Below the pieces are notes generated by a model. That model worked only from the letters and a program-made list of their open reading frames with translations, had not been told where the DNA came from and made no database searches. Positions 34,761-46,763 of a stretch of 64,000 nucleotides of DNA are shown here, one piece after another; the stretch's first letter is position 1; each line of letters opens with the position of its first letter. The translations under genes were made by a program, and so were the position numbers. The stretch comes from Oikopleura dioica (lineage: Eukaryota; Animalia; Chordata): positions 744,001 through 808,000 of the forward strand of contig OU015570.1 in assembly GCA_907165135.1 (NCBI GenBank), in the 5' to 3' direction.

Positions 34761-36470
34761 GTTTTGATAACTGAAATATTGAGATTAATTTAGGAATTAT
34801 TCAAGGAAAATTCTATAAATAAAAATAGTGGTGAAAAATTCTCGTTGCCTCCTTTAAAATTGTCATCAAATTTTTTTGTTATTTTTAATTTTTAAAATAT
34901 TTTATAAAAATTACTCAAATAAAAATATTTTCAAAATCTAGAATTATTGAAAAATATTAATTTATAGTTATAACATATATAGTAATTATTTATATTTTAT
35001 AATATTATTTATTTTATTAATTTATGCAAAAAAATAAATAATTTAATATATAATTATTTTCATAAAAATAAAAAGAATATATTTTATTATTATTTATTAA
35101 AAATATTTTATTTATTTATTTATTAAAAAAAAACTTAAGAGCTCAATCTTGCTTGAAACTCAAAAGTTGAAGCTTCGAGCTTGCTTGAGCCAACAGCGCC
35201 ACCATCGCCAAGCGCTCAGCGCTTTTTGGTTTGACTACGTCATGGTGACGCCGTAAAAATAGCGATTTTTCTACCGCCCGTTATTCATAAACGAAAAAAG
35301 ATAAATAAAATCTGATTTCAGATTTGAAATCAGGAAAAGCAAATTTATATAAAAATAAGATTAAATTTTATAAAATTATTAAAATAAACACCCCCAATTT
35401 TTCATTGCGAACCCTAGACACCGAGTTTCCCATATGTGGGTTGTTTATTCCATATATCACTGTGTGTATGTAGACTCTGTGCAGATAAGTGTGTCTAAAT
35501 GTGAAGTGAGCCGTAACGGTAAAGTAAGTCTTGTAACCTCGTAGTCTTAGAGTAAGAGATACAGTAAGTAGATCAGTTAAAAAGTAGGTTAAAGTGTGTA
35601 GCATGGTGGGTAACTATAGGGACAATCGAAGAGCGTCATAGGACTGACGCAAATTGGGAAGAGTGTATTCTTTACCCGAACAACTACTGCTTCTTTGGAA
35701 GGTTGCAATTAGCCTGGGTCAGGGTTCCAATTTTTCTCAAAAAATATTTGAGCGGTGCAAGCGACTGAGCGGTCAACCAAAAAAAAATATTTAGCTGAGC
35801 GAGCGGCTAAGTGGACGGCCGAAAAAAAAATTTGAGCGAGCGAGCGGACTTTGAGCAGATTTTTTTTAATGAAAAAAATATTTTTTTTCTTTCCATTTAA
35901 TAATAATTTCTAGCTTATAATTGTTCCATTCTAACTTACGGTATATAATATATATATACCTATTGCCAAGAAAATATCAAATAAAAATCTTGTTGAAATT
36001 GGTGCGCTGTGAACTCGGCTGTGCTGTGTTTCCTGAGTCAGAATTTCTGACTGAGCGAATAAAGAACGCAAGAGAATTCATTAAAAACAATTCTTCGACT
36101 CGCGCTTTTAAGGGGAGACCTACGTTTCGCCAGGAAATGCCCAATCACCTACGGTTCTCCAGAAAAGAGAAAATAACATTTTTCCTGGCGAACCGTTGGT
36201 CATTTTTGGACCCCCTAGGTCCTTTAGATCTTGTTTTTTGTCGTCTGTTTCCAGATTCGGACGTTTCAAAAGATACTTTCATCGAAGCCGCATTTCAAGC
36301 TGATAGAGATGAGTTTGAGAGTTGAATCGTTGGGAGTCAATTTAACCCTTATCCTTTTAAAGAAAAAATCGATCAACTTATGTCAAAAACTTCTATCGTT
36401 GGGAATTAATTATAATTTATCAATTATAATTTATACCCTAACCCTTTTATCAGAAAAAATAAATATATAT

Positions 36471-36872
36471 AAAATAGGGGGTGGTCTAAACTTTGAAGGT
36501 CATATGTGTGATTAGAACTTCGGGTGGCCTAAACTTTGATCGTTTCCATGTGTGACTCTTTGAGAAAGTGGCCTAAACTTTGAATTTTCCCGGAGGCGGT
36601 TCTGCCATCGGTGACTAGAGCACTGCCCGCTAAGGCCACTACGCTTTATGCAGACCAATTAGGATAACGGTTTTCATTCAAGGTGATGACACACATGGTA
36701 CTAGTCAGAGTGCCTAGGGGGAAATTCAAAGTTTAGACCACTTTCACACATAGGAAGAATCAAAGTTTAGGCCACTTTCTCAAGGAATCACACATGAGAA
36801 CGATCAAAGTTTAGGCCACACGAAATTCTTATCGCACATAACAACTTCAAAGTTTAGACCACCACCTATTTT
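36471..36872. mobile_element. Fold-back MITE (GTGGYCTAAACTTTGA repeats)
   Basis: AAAATAGGGGGTGGTCTAAACTTTGAAG and its reverse complement at the two ends, arms about 120 bp. Confidence 0.75.
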
Positions 36873-36873
36873 A

Positions 36874-37292
36874 CAGTTCTTTTCCTCTTTCGTGGACATT
36901 TTTTGTCCCAAAATTTTCGAAAAATGTCCACAAACTTGGGCAACGTCTTCCGAAAAAATGTCCCATCGAAATCGCTTAAAATTTTTTTTTTCGAGATTTG
37001 AGTACGCCGAATGGTTTTCTAGACTTTGCATGTATGCTCCTGAAAGACTGACAAAGGCCCCTTTGTCTCTAGTTCAACCTTAAATTTTGTCTTTTTTTCG
37101 TAAACAATGAACAACTCGATCTTGATTAGCAAGAATTAATCTCAACACAAAAAAAATTGTCTTTTTTATTTCTTTCCGCGAAAAAATGTCCACAAACTTG
37201 GAACAGCATCTTTTATAAAGTGTCCCACTGAAAGGCCTTAAAATGGAAAAAATGTCCACAAACTTGGGGTCCACAAAAGAGGAAAAAAACTG
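36874..37292. mobile_element. Tc1/pogo-type MITE with ATGTCCACAAA repeats (relics also near 21.1, 24.4-24.8 and 26.6-26.9 kb)
   Basis: TA|CAGTTCTTTTCCTCTTTCGTGGAC ... GTCCACAAAAGAGGAAAAAAACTG|TA. Confidence 0.75.
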
Positions 37293-37878
37293 TACTTGAT
37301 AAAGTTAGCAAACAGTCGAGTTTCTAGAATATACCTACGGTTCGACAGGAAACAAAATTACCTTCCTGGCAAATCGAATATTTCCTGGCGAAGCGTAGCT
37401 AACCGCTTTCAAGAACGACAACTGATAGTTCTAAATTGGCGCAAGTGCTCAAAACCTGAAAATGGCAACAAGGGCAACATGTTGCCTTTGTTGCCCATAT
37501 TGCCTTCTTTGCCCATTTTTAGGTTTTACCTGCTCAAGCTCTCTTGCTCCATAAAAAAATAGAGAAATTAAAAGGATCAGCGCGGAAATAATTGTGCTAT
37601 TGACAGGTTTTAATTTCGCAGTGCGAATTCGTTTTTTCACCGAGTGAAGAGAAGAATCAGAACCTTTCAGAAATCATCGTCAATTATGTCAATAACCTTT
37701 TTTAAATCAGTGTCATCAGAAATAATTCAAAATGTACTTCTGCTAAAGAAAATAAACATTTTACGCTTAAAAATGTCAGAAGTCAAAAAAGTCTACGCCT
37801 AAGTTGCGGATTCGATTTGAGAAAGTTTTGCAACTATGGTCCTCGCTTTATTTGATTAGAAATTTTTGACCTTATTAG

Positions 37879-37977
37879 CAGAGTCGCATTTAATTCGTTT
37901 GCAAGTGCATGGACAATCATTTTTTTACCAGTTCCAGATGCTCCTCCTATAAAGATTCCTTTGGTATGCGGAGATAT
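37879..37977 (-). CDS. IQCA1: Exon of IQCA1/DRC11-like AAA-ATPase (Walker A)
   Basis: ISPHTKGIFIGGASGTGKKMIVHALANELNATL matches the IQCA1-type P-loop GxxGxGKKMxVHA. The 5' boundary is uncertain. Confidence 0.8.
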
Positions 37978-40900
37978 CAGATAAAAGATTCGTCTCGGGA
38001 ATAAATCTGATTGGTCATTATTTTTCGGGTGACGGATTCTTTTTGGCAAAGAATGGCACTCGCTTATTTCGGCCATTTACGCGGGTTCCATTCTTTGCTC
38101 AATATTCTTGAAAAATTTCTTATTTTAAAAATTACGAGTTCCAGTTATTTGGCAATCTGTTAACCTGTAGTTACCTCGGATACCTGATTTAAGGCACACT
38201 TTTTGGTGACGTTTTTTTCGTAAAATGTGCCTTAAATTTGAATTGGGTTGTTGACGGTATAAAAATCGACTGTTAGACTGGCGCGAAGCGCACATAAACT
38301 TCCTGACTATCAAAATCTGGGGTCGGCAACTCGACACTCAAATCTCGTGTAGAGTCGATTCCAGTCGAGTTCATTATTCTTTAGCGAGTGTCGAGTCGAG
38401 TTCTGTCGAGTTTTAAAAATGTGATGATTCAAAATTTTGCCTCGACCGGCTTTTTACGACGGTCTGCCTCGGATGATTTTCGTAAATGACGATGACTCCG
38501 GCATTTATGACCGCCAATCTCAGGTATTCATCTCGAAAAATTTCGACAATAGTCGACAATTTTTACGCTTTATAATAATTACTCGGGCTGCCTTATTTTA
38601 GGTGAAAATATTTTTATGAGATTTATTGACACATGTAAATGGCTATTTGAGGTGCGGGTTATCCGAAAGGACCCGGAATCAACAGCCCTGTTTCGTAATT
38701 TGATTTCTGCAAATGACTGCAAGGCAGAAACTCTTCAACTGCCCAAAAGGAGTTATTGTGAAGTGGTGCCAACTAGGCCGATTTCCGCGTTTGTCTCAAT
38801 TCTAGTGACAGTTACGGCCCGCACCCCACTGCACACCTTACGCGGCGACCACGCTGACCAGTTCCACCTCGCTTGTCAGATTGGCAGTCCCATGCATCAC
38901 ACTTTTACGCCTTCTGCAACACCCTGGTGCCACCATTTTTTACTCTCTCTCTATCGCAAAGCCACATTGAATCTCAACCCTTTATAACCTTCTGTACAGC
39001 AATTTTTCGACATTCACTCTTCCCAATATACTTCGTCCTCTGTGATCCCAATAATTGTCGAGTCACTTTTTGCGGCTCAGTTGAAATCCTTTCACTTGTG
39101 TCAGAAGTTACGATTTTACGACAGCGGGAGCAACAACAGAGGCAATGAAGCCATGATGCCGGATTCCGAAGGGTTAAATTTAAACGAACTTGACCAGACA
39201 CTCCAACAACCAAGCGCTTGATCAAACGAAGCAGCGACATTGACGAGAGCAATTACATTCTCATCAGCGACAACGATGAATCCGGTGAGCAACCTCACGT
39301 ATCCTTCTCAAAGGGACCCAAACGAAGAGAACGAGTTGTTACCGAATTTGAACCTCCAAAAGGATCAACAACCGCGCAGTCGTCGGACGAATCAAAAGCA
39401 ACCCCCGAGTTCATATTCAAAATATAAATCGTCAATTACCTCGCCGGTTGGTCTTTTCTGTTGTTTAAGATTAAATCAGGCTCGCTTTTGTCCTTACCAT
39501 CTAAAAAACTAATATCGTAAAAATGTACCGATGTTTTATTTAAAGCAGCAATATGCAGGCGAGCAGAATCGCTTCGGGTTTTACTAAAACGAAAGGGCAA
39601 AGTTCATAAGAAAGCTCAACAGAAAATAGATTTTTGCCAAAGATCAAAACATTGGACAACAAAAGACGCTTTTTCAAAAGCGAACGAAAATATGAATGCT
39701 GCTTCGGAGTGGCGTTGGCGACGGCGGCAGTTTAAACTAAGGAAATCTGTTATTTTTCGTTCTTGTAGCCAAATAATTACCAAGTTCGACAATGTTTGAT
39801 GCCTTCTTGAGCTGTCGGCGGTGATAGGATCGCTCTGTAATGCCAAAATCAATCTTTGGCGATTTAAAAGATGATTATCTCCCAATCTTTGCTTTGAAGG
39901 GAGTGTGTTTGAGAGACAAACAAGCATCAAAGTCGCCAAACTTGAAAAAATGGCTGCTTCGACGGCGTTTTCCTAAAAAGCGAGTTTTGGCCGATCTTGT
40001 TTTTTATTTTCACCTAGGTGCGCATCTAAAGAAGTAGTTAATTGCTGTAACAGAATATATCAGTTTCGTATCGTCAGTTTGTGGTCGCGAGAGTGTTGAA
40101 TTTGCAGGTCTACGCAGGATTTTATCACGTGGTGACTGAAGTTCACAACAAGAGTTCCCTGACTTTGTGTTGCGGAACTCGGGAACGGACCCTGTACGAC
40201 CACATTTTCAAACCTCGAGCCTTGTCTTTAAGTACAAGAAGCTATAATGAATTACGTATTTCTCACGCCAAAAGGCAATGAGTTCTATTCGGGAAATCCC
40301 GTTGGCGTTCACAAATAGTGACGCCGCAGTCCGTGATCGGATAATAATTGCATGGTAAGATCACTTGGTGACGGTCATAAACAATGAGGTCAGGAAATCC
40401 CTGAAGGATAACCGGTTTGTGGATCAAATCGCGAATTGACCTCTCACATGGGGCGAAAATGGTGGTGAATTGCCGTCAACAACAGGCCATTTGTCGATTC
40501 CGCTCCAGTTGAGGGAGTTTGAAGAATGGAGAGTCGCAGGCCGCGACGATACGCGAAGGTAAATGCTGCGGGTATAGGGATTTACTGTCTTTATTTTCCC
40601 GATGAATCAAGTTGGCCCTTGAAGGAAGTCGCCCGAGCTGGGCGCGGCGCTTCTCAAGAGCACTTGAGCTCACTATATAACCGGCTGTCACTAGTCCAAG
40701 AGCAGCTATTTTCCAAATACGCCACTGATTAAATAAATTACAATACTATGAAAGTTTGATACTTTATTATATAGAGAGTAAACCTCTACAATGGTGTCTG
40801 AAGTGTTTAAGAACAGCGACTCTAAAAACTGCTGCGCATAAACGACGCAGATAGGTAAGCACAATAGGTGCCCGATTAAAAATCGAAAGAAATGACCAGC

Positions 40901-41169
40901 ATGAGCAAGACTGGCACGGAAACCAACTAGTCCGCATTGTCGTGATCACCCAACGATCAGCCAAATGCTGAGCAAGCGCATTATTATGCCGATATCGGTG
41001 CGAGAGTTAAGTCTTTGAAGCTGACACTCAAACCATACAAACAACAATTAACCACAGCTATACGTTGAAAAGAAAATCTCCACCGAAAATGAAGCGAAAT
41101 GCAAACATGTGTTATTCCGTGACAAGAACTGGAAAATATTGAACGACTGAAATAAGAATATCAAAACCC

Positions 41170-41820
41170 CGGCATTATCGACACGGGTGCTTGCATTAGC
41201 GTTCTGAGCGGAGCACTTTTCCAAAAATTTCCAGCATTTTCGAAAAACGTCAACTCCTGAAACCGACAGCGAATTTGCAAGGAGCAGGCGGAGAAAGGCT
41301 GGACGTCCTGGGAGAAATCGAACTCTCTCTCAAACTCGGACACGAAAACGAACAAAAAATCGATTTTGGGAAAGTTAAATTCGCCGTTGCCAGGAACGTT
41401 AAAACAACTATTATCATCGGGCTGCCAGCATTGACGAACAGAACGATCAAAATCTCACACAGCAAGATACAAATCGACGGAGAAAGCATTATGCTCCTCC
41501 GTAAGAAAACAACCAGACTATTCGAAGTAAAGAAAGCTGATCGAGTAATGGACTGGACAATATTAGAAGTCCAGGCACCAGTCGACCAGACGGAGGACCG
41601 AGCGATACGGGAGCAGCTAACCTTTACTGTCCCCACAGCTTCCGGTCCCCTGGACGTCTCTGTATGGCTAAACAACCGCAGTGAGTTGAAAGCTGCAAAC
41701 CGATTTACCATACCTCTCCCACTTGCCCTGGAAAAGTTCCTAGGACTATCCCGGCCAGGGTGTCCACTGGAATTTTCGAAGTCAGAAGCGATGCTCAAGC
41801 CAAGGCAGGTCGGGCGATGA
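41170..41820 (+). pseudogene. Retroviral-type aspartic protease remnant of a third, decayed LTR element
   Basis: GIIDTGACISVLS at about 41170-41210, continuing after a break as GAGGERLDVLGEIEL...TIIIGLPAL. Confidence 0.6.
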
Positions 41821-44084
41821 TCCGCGCGCTGTCACTTCAGACAGCCAAGACAGCGGAGGAGACGCGGGACGTGCGACCCGAAGACAAAACTGTTCTCCGT
41901 CCTGGGACAACTGTGCTGATGAAACGCCAAAGGGCCCCCGGGGAGTCAAACTCTTTCGAAACTGGTAAGGGCGGCTCACAGTCTCGAAGCGTTTAGACGT
42001 TTACACTTACCTTCTTGCGACTGATCTCTACCCAAGACGACAATTTATTGCGCACAGGAGCAACATTCGGTCTGTCGCAACTCCCCAAATTGTCGAAGAA
42101 AAGGAAGGATGCGCATCCGAGGTACGTAAAATTCACTGAAACGGAATGAAACTTAAAATTACCGGCACGACAGGCAGAGGAACCACACCAGAACCGGCGG
42201 TCGGGCTTTAGTGAGAGAAAACGCATCAACTATAGGTAAGTTCCAATGCATCTCTTTGGGGAAAGAGCGCACCGACGGTATTCGCATTGGAAAACGTATT
42301 GACATCTATTTAGGGAATAAACGCCCTGGAAGAGAACAACTGAAAAAAATACTCACTGAAACTATTGAAATATCGCCCCTTAACCTTACCCCGCCAAATC
42401 GTCATTCTGTCCTTGCCCGCCAAGAACACCTCAGGAGATGCATCTGCTCTTCAAAGAGGTTATTAATTGATATTAATATGACATAAAATCACATATTGAT
42501 ACCGAAATATATTTTATTCTTGAAAAACTATGTTAGGTCATATTGTAATTGAGAATCATGCATATTATATGCAAGGAGCATATTTAGTTGATTGCAAACT
42601 TCTAGTGAATGGGGGAAGTGATTTTCTTTTTTCGGCAGAAAATCCCATGCCTACCCGCCAAAAACACCTCCCTAGGTGCATCTATCATATAACTTATATG
42701 ATATAAGCTATGCACCTCAGGAGGTGCATGCACTAATTTTTAAAATACACCGATTTCCGAACCCTAACCCTAACCGAAGGCGCTCAAAGAGTAACCAAAA
42801 AAAGCTTATCGATAAATAGCTCTACAATTTTTTTCTTTTACAAAAAATCAAAGTCCTTCTTTTCAGAAACATCGCCTTCACGAATTGCTTGCAAAAACCG
42901 CGAGTAAATCAAAGTAAAGTTCTATAGCATCCGTTTTAACGTTATTTCACTTCAGTCGGAATAGAGAGATTTTAGGAAGTTCAAATAATTTGAATTGCTA
43001 CTTTGAAAAGTACTACTTTTTAGAGCACTTTTTTTTCGATTTCAAATTTCTCAATTTCAACACTATTTATTAGGCCATTAACCAGCAAAACTGGAGATGG
43101 AAAATTTTCACGTCAAAATTTGAGGCGCTAGTATTTCCTAAAGATTATATACTTTCCAAATTTATGACTCCCCAAAAATATTCCGAGACTCAATTCACCT
43201 GATTATCGGTTTGCTTAACTCCTAAGGGTCATGGCACAATTGAACCCGAAATTAAAAAATACAGTCGACACGGAAAAGACTAGGCATTCAGGTGCGGAAC
43301 ATTCAATGCTTCGGACACTCGTCAACTGGCAGTTGACGACTTCCACGGAAAAATGAGCATAACCGGTAAATAAAATGCGAACTTTGGTTGAGCCGCGTTT
43401 GAAGCACCAACTCTACCATGGTCGAACTTATCAAAACTCCATCGGTGTAACAAGGAGTAATGTTTAAATGATTGACAGATTCCACGAAATTTATATTTGA
43501 TTTAATGACGAAAATTGTCGGCAACGAAAGGCTGAGTTGACCATATTATGTTTTTGAAAAGAATTTCACGAGCGGAAAGAACTCGAATAAAAGAACACAA
43601 ATGCGTTTAGATCAACGGCAAAACCTCAAAACACATAATCAGCTCGGACCGCCACGAGACTAACTTTGATCGAACGGGAAGTCGTGAATTCATACGACGT
43701 AAAATAGATAACCCCAGAGGAGAGGGAAAGAAAGGGTTGAAAATAATCCGACATTGCTTTGGCAAGCAAGGATAACATGCCACCAAGAACATGTCACCAG
43801 AACCAAGAAAATTTTGAAATCAATCGAGCGGAAATCGCACAGAATTGACGATAATAATAGACTTCATTAATGAGTGTCGAGAGAAAAAGTGTCTGACGTG
43901 AGGTTAGATCTCGATAGGACCGCAAAGAAACATCACTATCATTGTCGATGATTCATAGAGCAAGTACTCCTCGTCTTCTGCATCAGGGTAGTCCCTGACT
44001 TGATCCTCGCTTCGACCAAATCAAACATTTCCCCAAATCAAATCAGATCTGATCTGCAAAATTCGATCTGCAAAAAAGTGTATA

Positions 44085-46763
44085 TCAACATACACTTTTA
44101 TGATGAATTGTGATCACAAGCAAATTTAATCTCCATCTTCGTTCTAGAATCGTTTGGTTTAACGTCATTATGTTCCCAGAGGGCTCAAAATGATGAGCGC
44201 TGCGAGATCTATCTTTTGGAGGTCTGAGAGTGTCGGTCAGTGACATGGTTTTTGTTGTGTGGCGGGTAGAAGATTTGGCTAATGCAAAATGAGCTGGATC
44301 GATGACCAAGTTTCCGCCAGGGGTCGTTTTCATAAACGGATATTTCTTTTTGGCTTTTTTCGTAATCTCCTTGGTGATTGCTGTCTTCGTTTTCCCTGTA
44401 ATGTCGACTTCAATACCCATGTGTTTCGCAAGGACTTTCATTTCAAGGATTGTAAAATTGCTTAGGTAGCACTTGTTTTCAAGCATGAGTGCATTATGCT
44501 TGATCAAGTAGAATCCCTCGGCGTCTTTGTCCCAGTCGGGATGGTGAAGTCGTATCCATTCGTTTATCTTCTCCACCTTCTTTGCTTTCGAATTTTTCAA
44601 TGTTGCCCATGTTCCAAGTTTCACTCCGCAATTATATTCTTTAATAAATTTGTCTAGGGCTTTTTCGTGGAGGTCGGCCATTCTTTGGAAGACGGGGGAA
44701 ACAAGCCTGCGTGGTTCTGCTTTGAGATCCTGATTGTTTGTGACTTCGGCAACTTCTGTTGATTGGCTGTCGATTGAATTGTTGTCGTCCTGTTGGGTAC
44801 CTGATGAGTCGAGATCATAAAAAACAGTCTCGTCTGCTTGCTTGGTTTCATCTGAACACGTGGCTTCTTCACGTTGTTCTGCGAATGTTTCGGCCTGTTC
44901 TTCTTCCTGGGGGGAAGTGGAAGATTGGTTTGTGCTGTCATCTTGGTCAAGGGCTGTTTGGCTTCTTGTCTGGATGAAGTATGAAACTCTTTTCTTCAAT
45001 TTTCTTGGCTTGGGTTCTTGTATGTCCGTATCTTGCTGTTGTTTCTCCGGTTGATCGTCTCCTGGTCTGCTTATAAAGGGCTTCAAATGGCTAATGTGTC
45101 TTGTCATATCGCGTCCTGTCTTCAGATTGAGTAAGTCGAAGCTCAGGCCTTGGTTTTTAATAGCGGTTATCTTCAAAGGTCCTGTCCATTTGTAGATTTT
45201 CTCCAGTGGATCCATGTAATTGCACAGAACGAGGTCGTTTTCCTGAAATTTGTGAATATCCTCGTTCTCAGATCGTTGTGTTTCGTGATTTGATTGGATT
45301 CTCTCTCGAATTGGCTCAAAGTTGACATTTTCCCTTGTTTGCTTCTGGCGATATTTGTCATTGAGGTTTTCTCCCTTGAAGCCTGTTTCAATTTCAAATG
45401 GCGACGCCATTCACACTGCATGTTTTGCCTAGTTCATCTGGTGAATGATCGTTGGTAGCCAATGATCCCAATTTTCCATTCCACAGGCAAGTTTGAGTCG
45501 TGATTTAATGGTCTGATTTCGATTCTTAACTTCTCCATTCGTTTGAGGGTGATATGCTGGAGAAAGCCGAACTCGAAGTCCTTTTTCTTCCGCGAAATCT
45601 CTTACTGCTTTGAATTCTCCTCCATTGTCCATAAAAATCTCTCTTGGCAAGTGAGGGTTGCGGAGCCATTCTGATCGAAGAGCGTCAAGAACTTCCTCTG
45701 GTTTCTTTGAGCGAAGTGCGGAAGCGTTTGTTCTTTTGCTAAACAAGTCGGTTGAAACGCAGATAAATCGTCGGTAGTTGTCCGTGATAGGTAGCGGTCC
45801 AATGAGATCGATCGAATATCTCTCGAACGGTTGAGAAGGCGCAGTTACATGTCCAAGTGGAGCATTGAGTGGATTCGTTGTTGGCTTCATAAGTTGGCAT
45901 TTTCGGCAGGATCGAATATAGTTTGTCACGGTTGCCTTGAGGTTAGTGTAAAAGTCCTTATTCTCAATACTTTTTAGTGTCTGAGTAATACCAGGATGCC
46001 CGGATCTATCGTGATACTCCTCCAAAATTTCTCGGTGTATTGAGACCGGTGGGATTGCCTTGAATCCATTCTTGTCTACGCCAAGCTCGCCATTATCTCC
46101 AAAACAAAGTTGATCTCTGTGTCGCTTAAACTCTTCGGCAGTGGTGTCTTTGTTCTCCGGCCAACGATCGATCTTGTGAAATTTAATGACATCTCGCAGA
46201 ACGTCGTCCGATTCTTGTAGAAAGAGAAAATCACGAGGCTTTACCATGTTGATTGTAGGTTTTTTGAGCTCGTTGATTTGTCGAGAAAGGCAGTCCGAGA
46301 TTTTCATTTCCTTTGACGGCTCATTATTTTGTGCGCCCAGTTTACAACCGAGTTGTCGGTGAACCAAGTGAACCTCCGACCGAGAAGATAGTGACTCCAT
46401 TTTTCCATTGCTCGCTTGCCGGTCAAAAGCTCCTTCTCACTTATATTATAATTTCGCTGCGCGTCGTCAAATTTTTGTGATAGATAAGCGACGGGGCAAA
46501 ATTTTTCATTCGTTGTCTTCTTGTAGAAGAGTGCTGCTCCGATGCCAGTCTCACTTGCATCTGTTTCGATAGCGAACTCACCAACATTGGGGTATGGGAT
46601 TTTGAGAGCGTCAACCATGTTACTTATTTCGCTTTTGAGTTCATCCAATGCTTTTGCTGCATCGTCGGTCCATCTAAATCCTTTGCTCGTTGCTTTATTG
46701 ATTGGGGCAGCTTTTGGAGCGAAGTGAGGAATGCAGTTTCGATGGTAGTTGAGTAGTCCAAAC
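44085..46763 (-). pseudogene. pol: pol 3' part of element 2 (RT thumb, RNase H, integrase, long C-terminal extension)
   Basis: After removing the insertion the frame reads ASVFGLLNYHRNCIPHFA. Also ETDASETGIGA, HDRSGHPG..CRKCQ, IDLIGPLP, DNGGEF, YHPQTNG and KWTGPLKI. Confidence 0.92.

Noticed and set aside
34800-35130. Extremely AT-rich tract
   Set aside because: Low complexity with no discernible periodic structure.
35921-36325. 134-aa plus-strand ORF
   Set aside because: No recognisable family, and the start lies in low-complexity AT sequence.
38700-41100. Possible LTR and gag upstream of the protease remnant at 41170
   Set aside because: No paired LTR, PBS or zinc knuckle could be supported.
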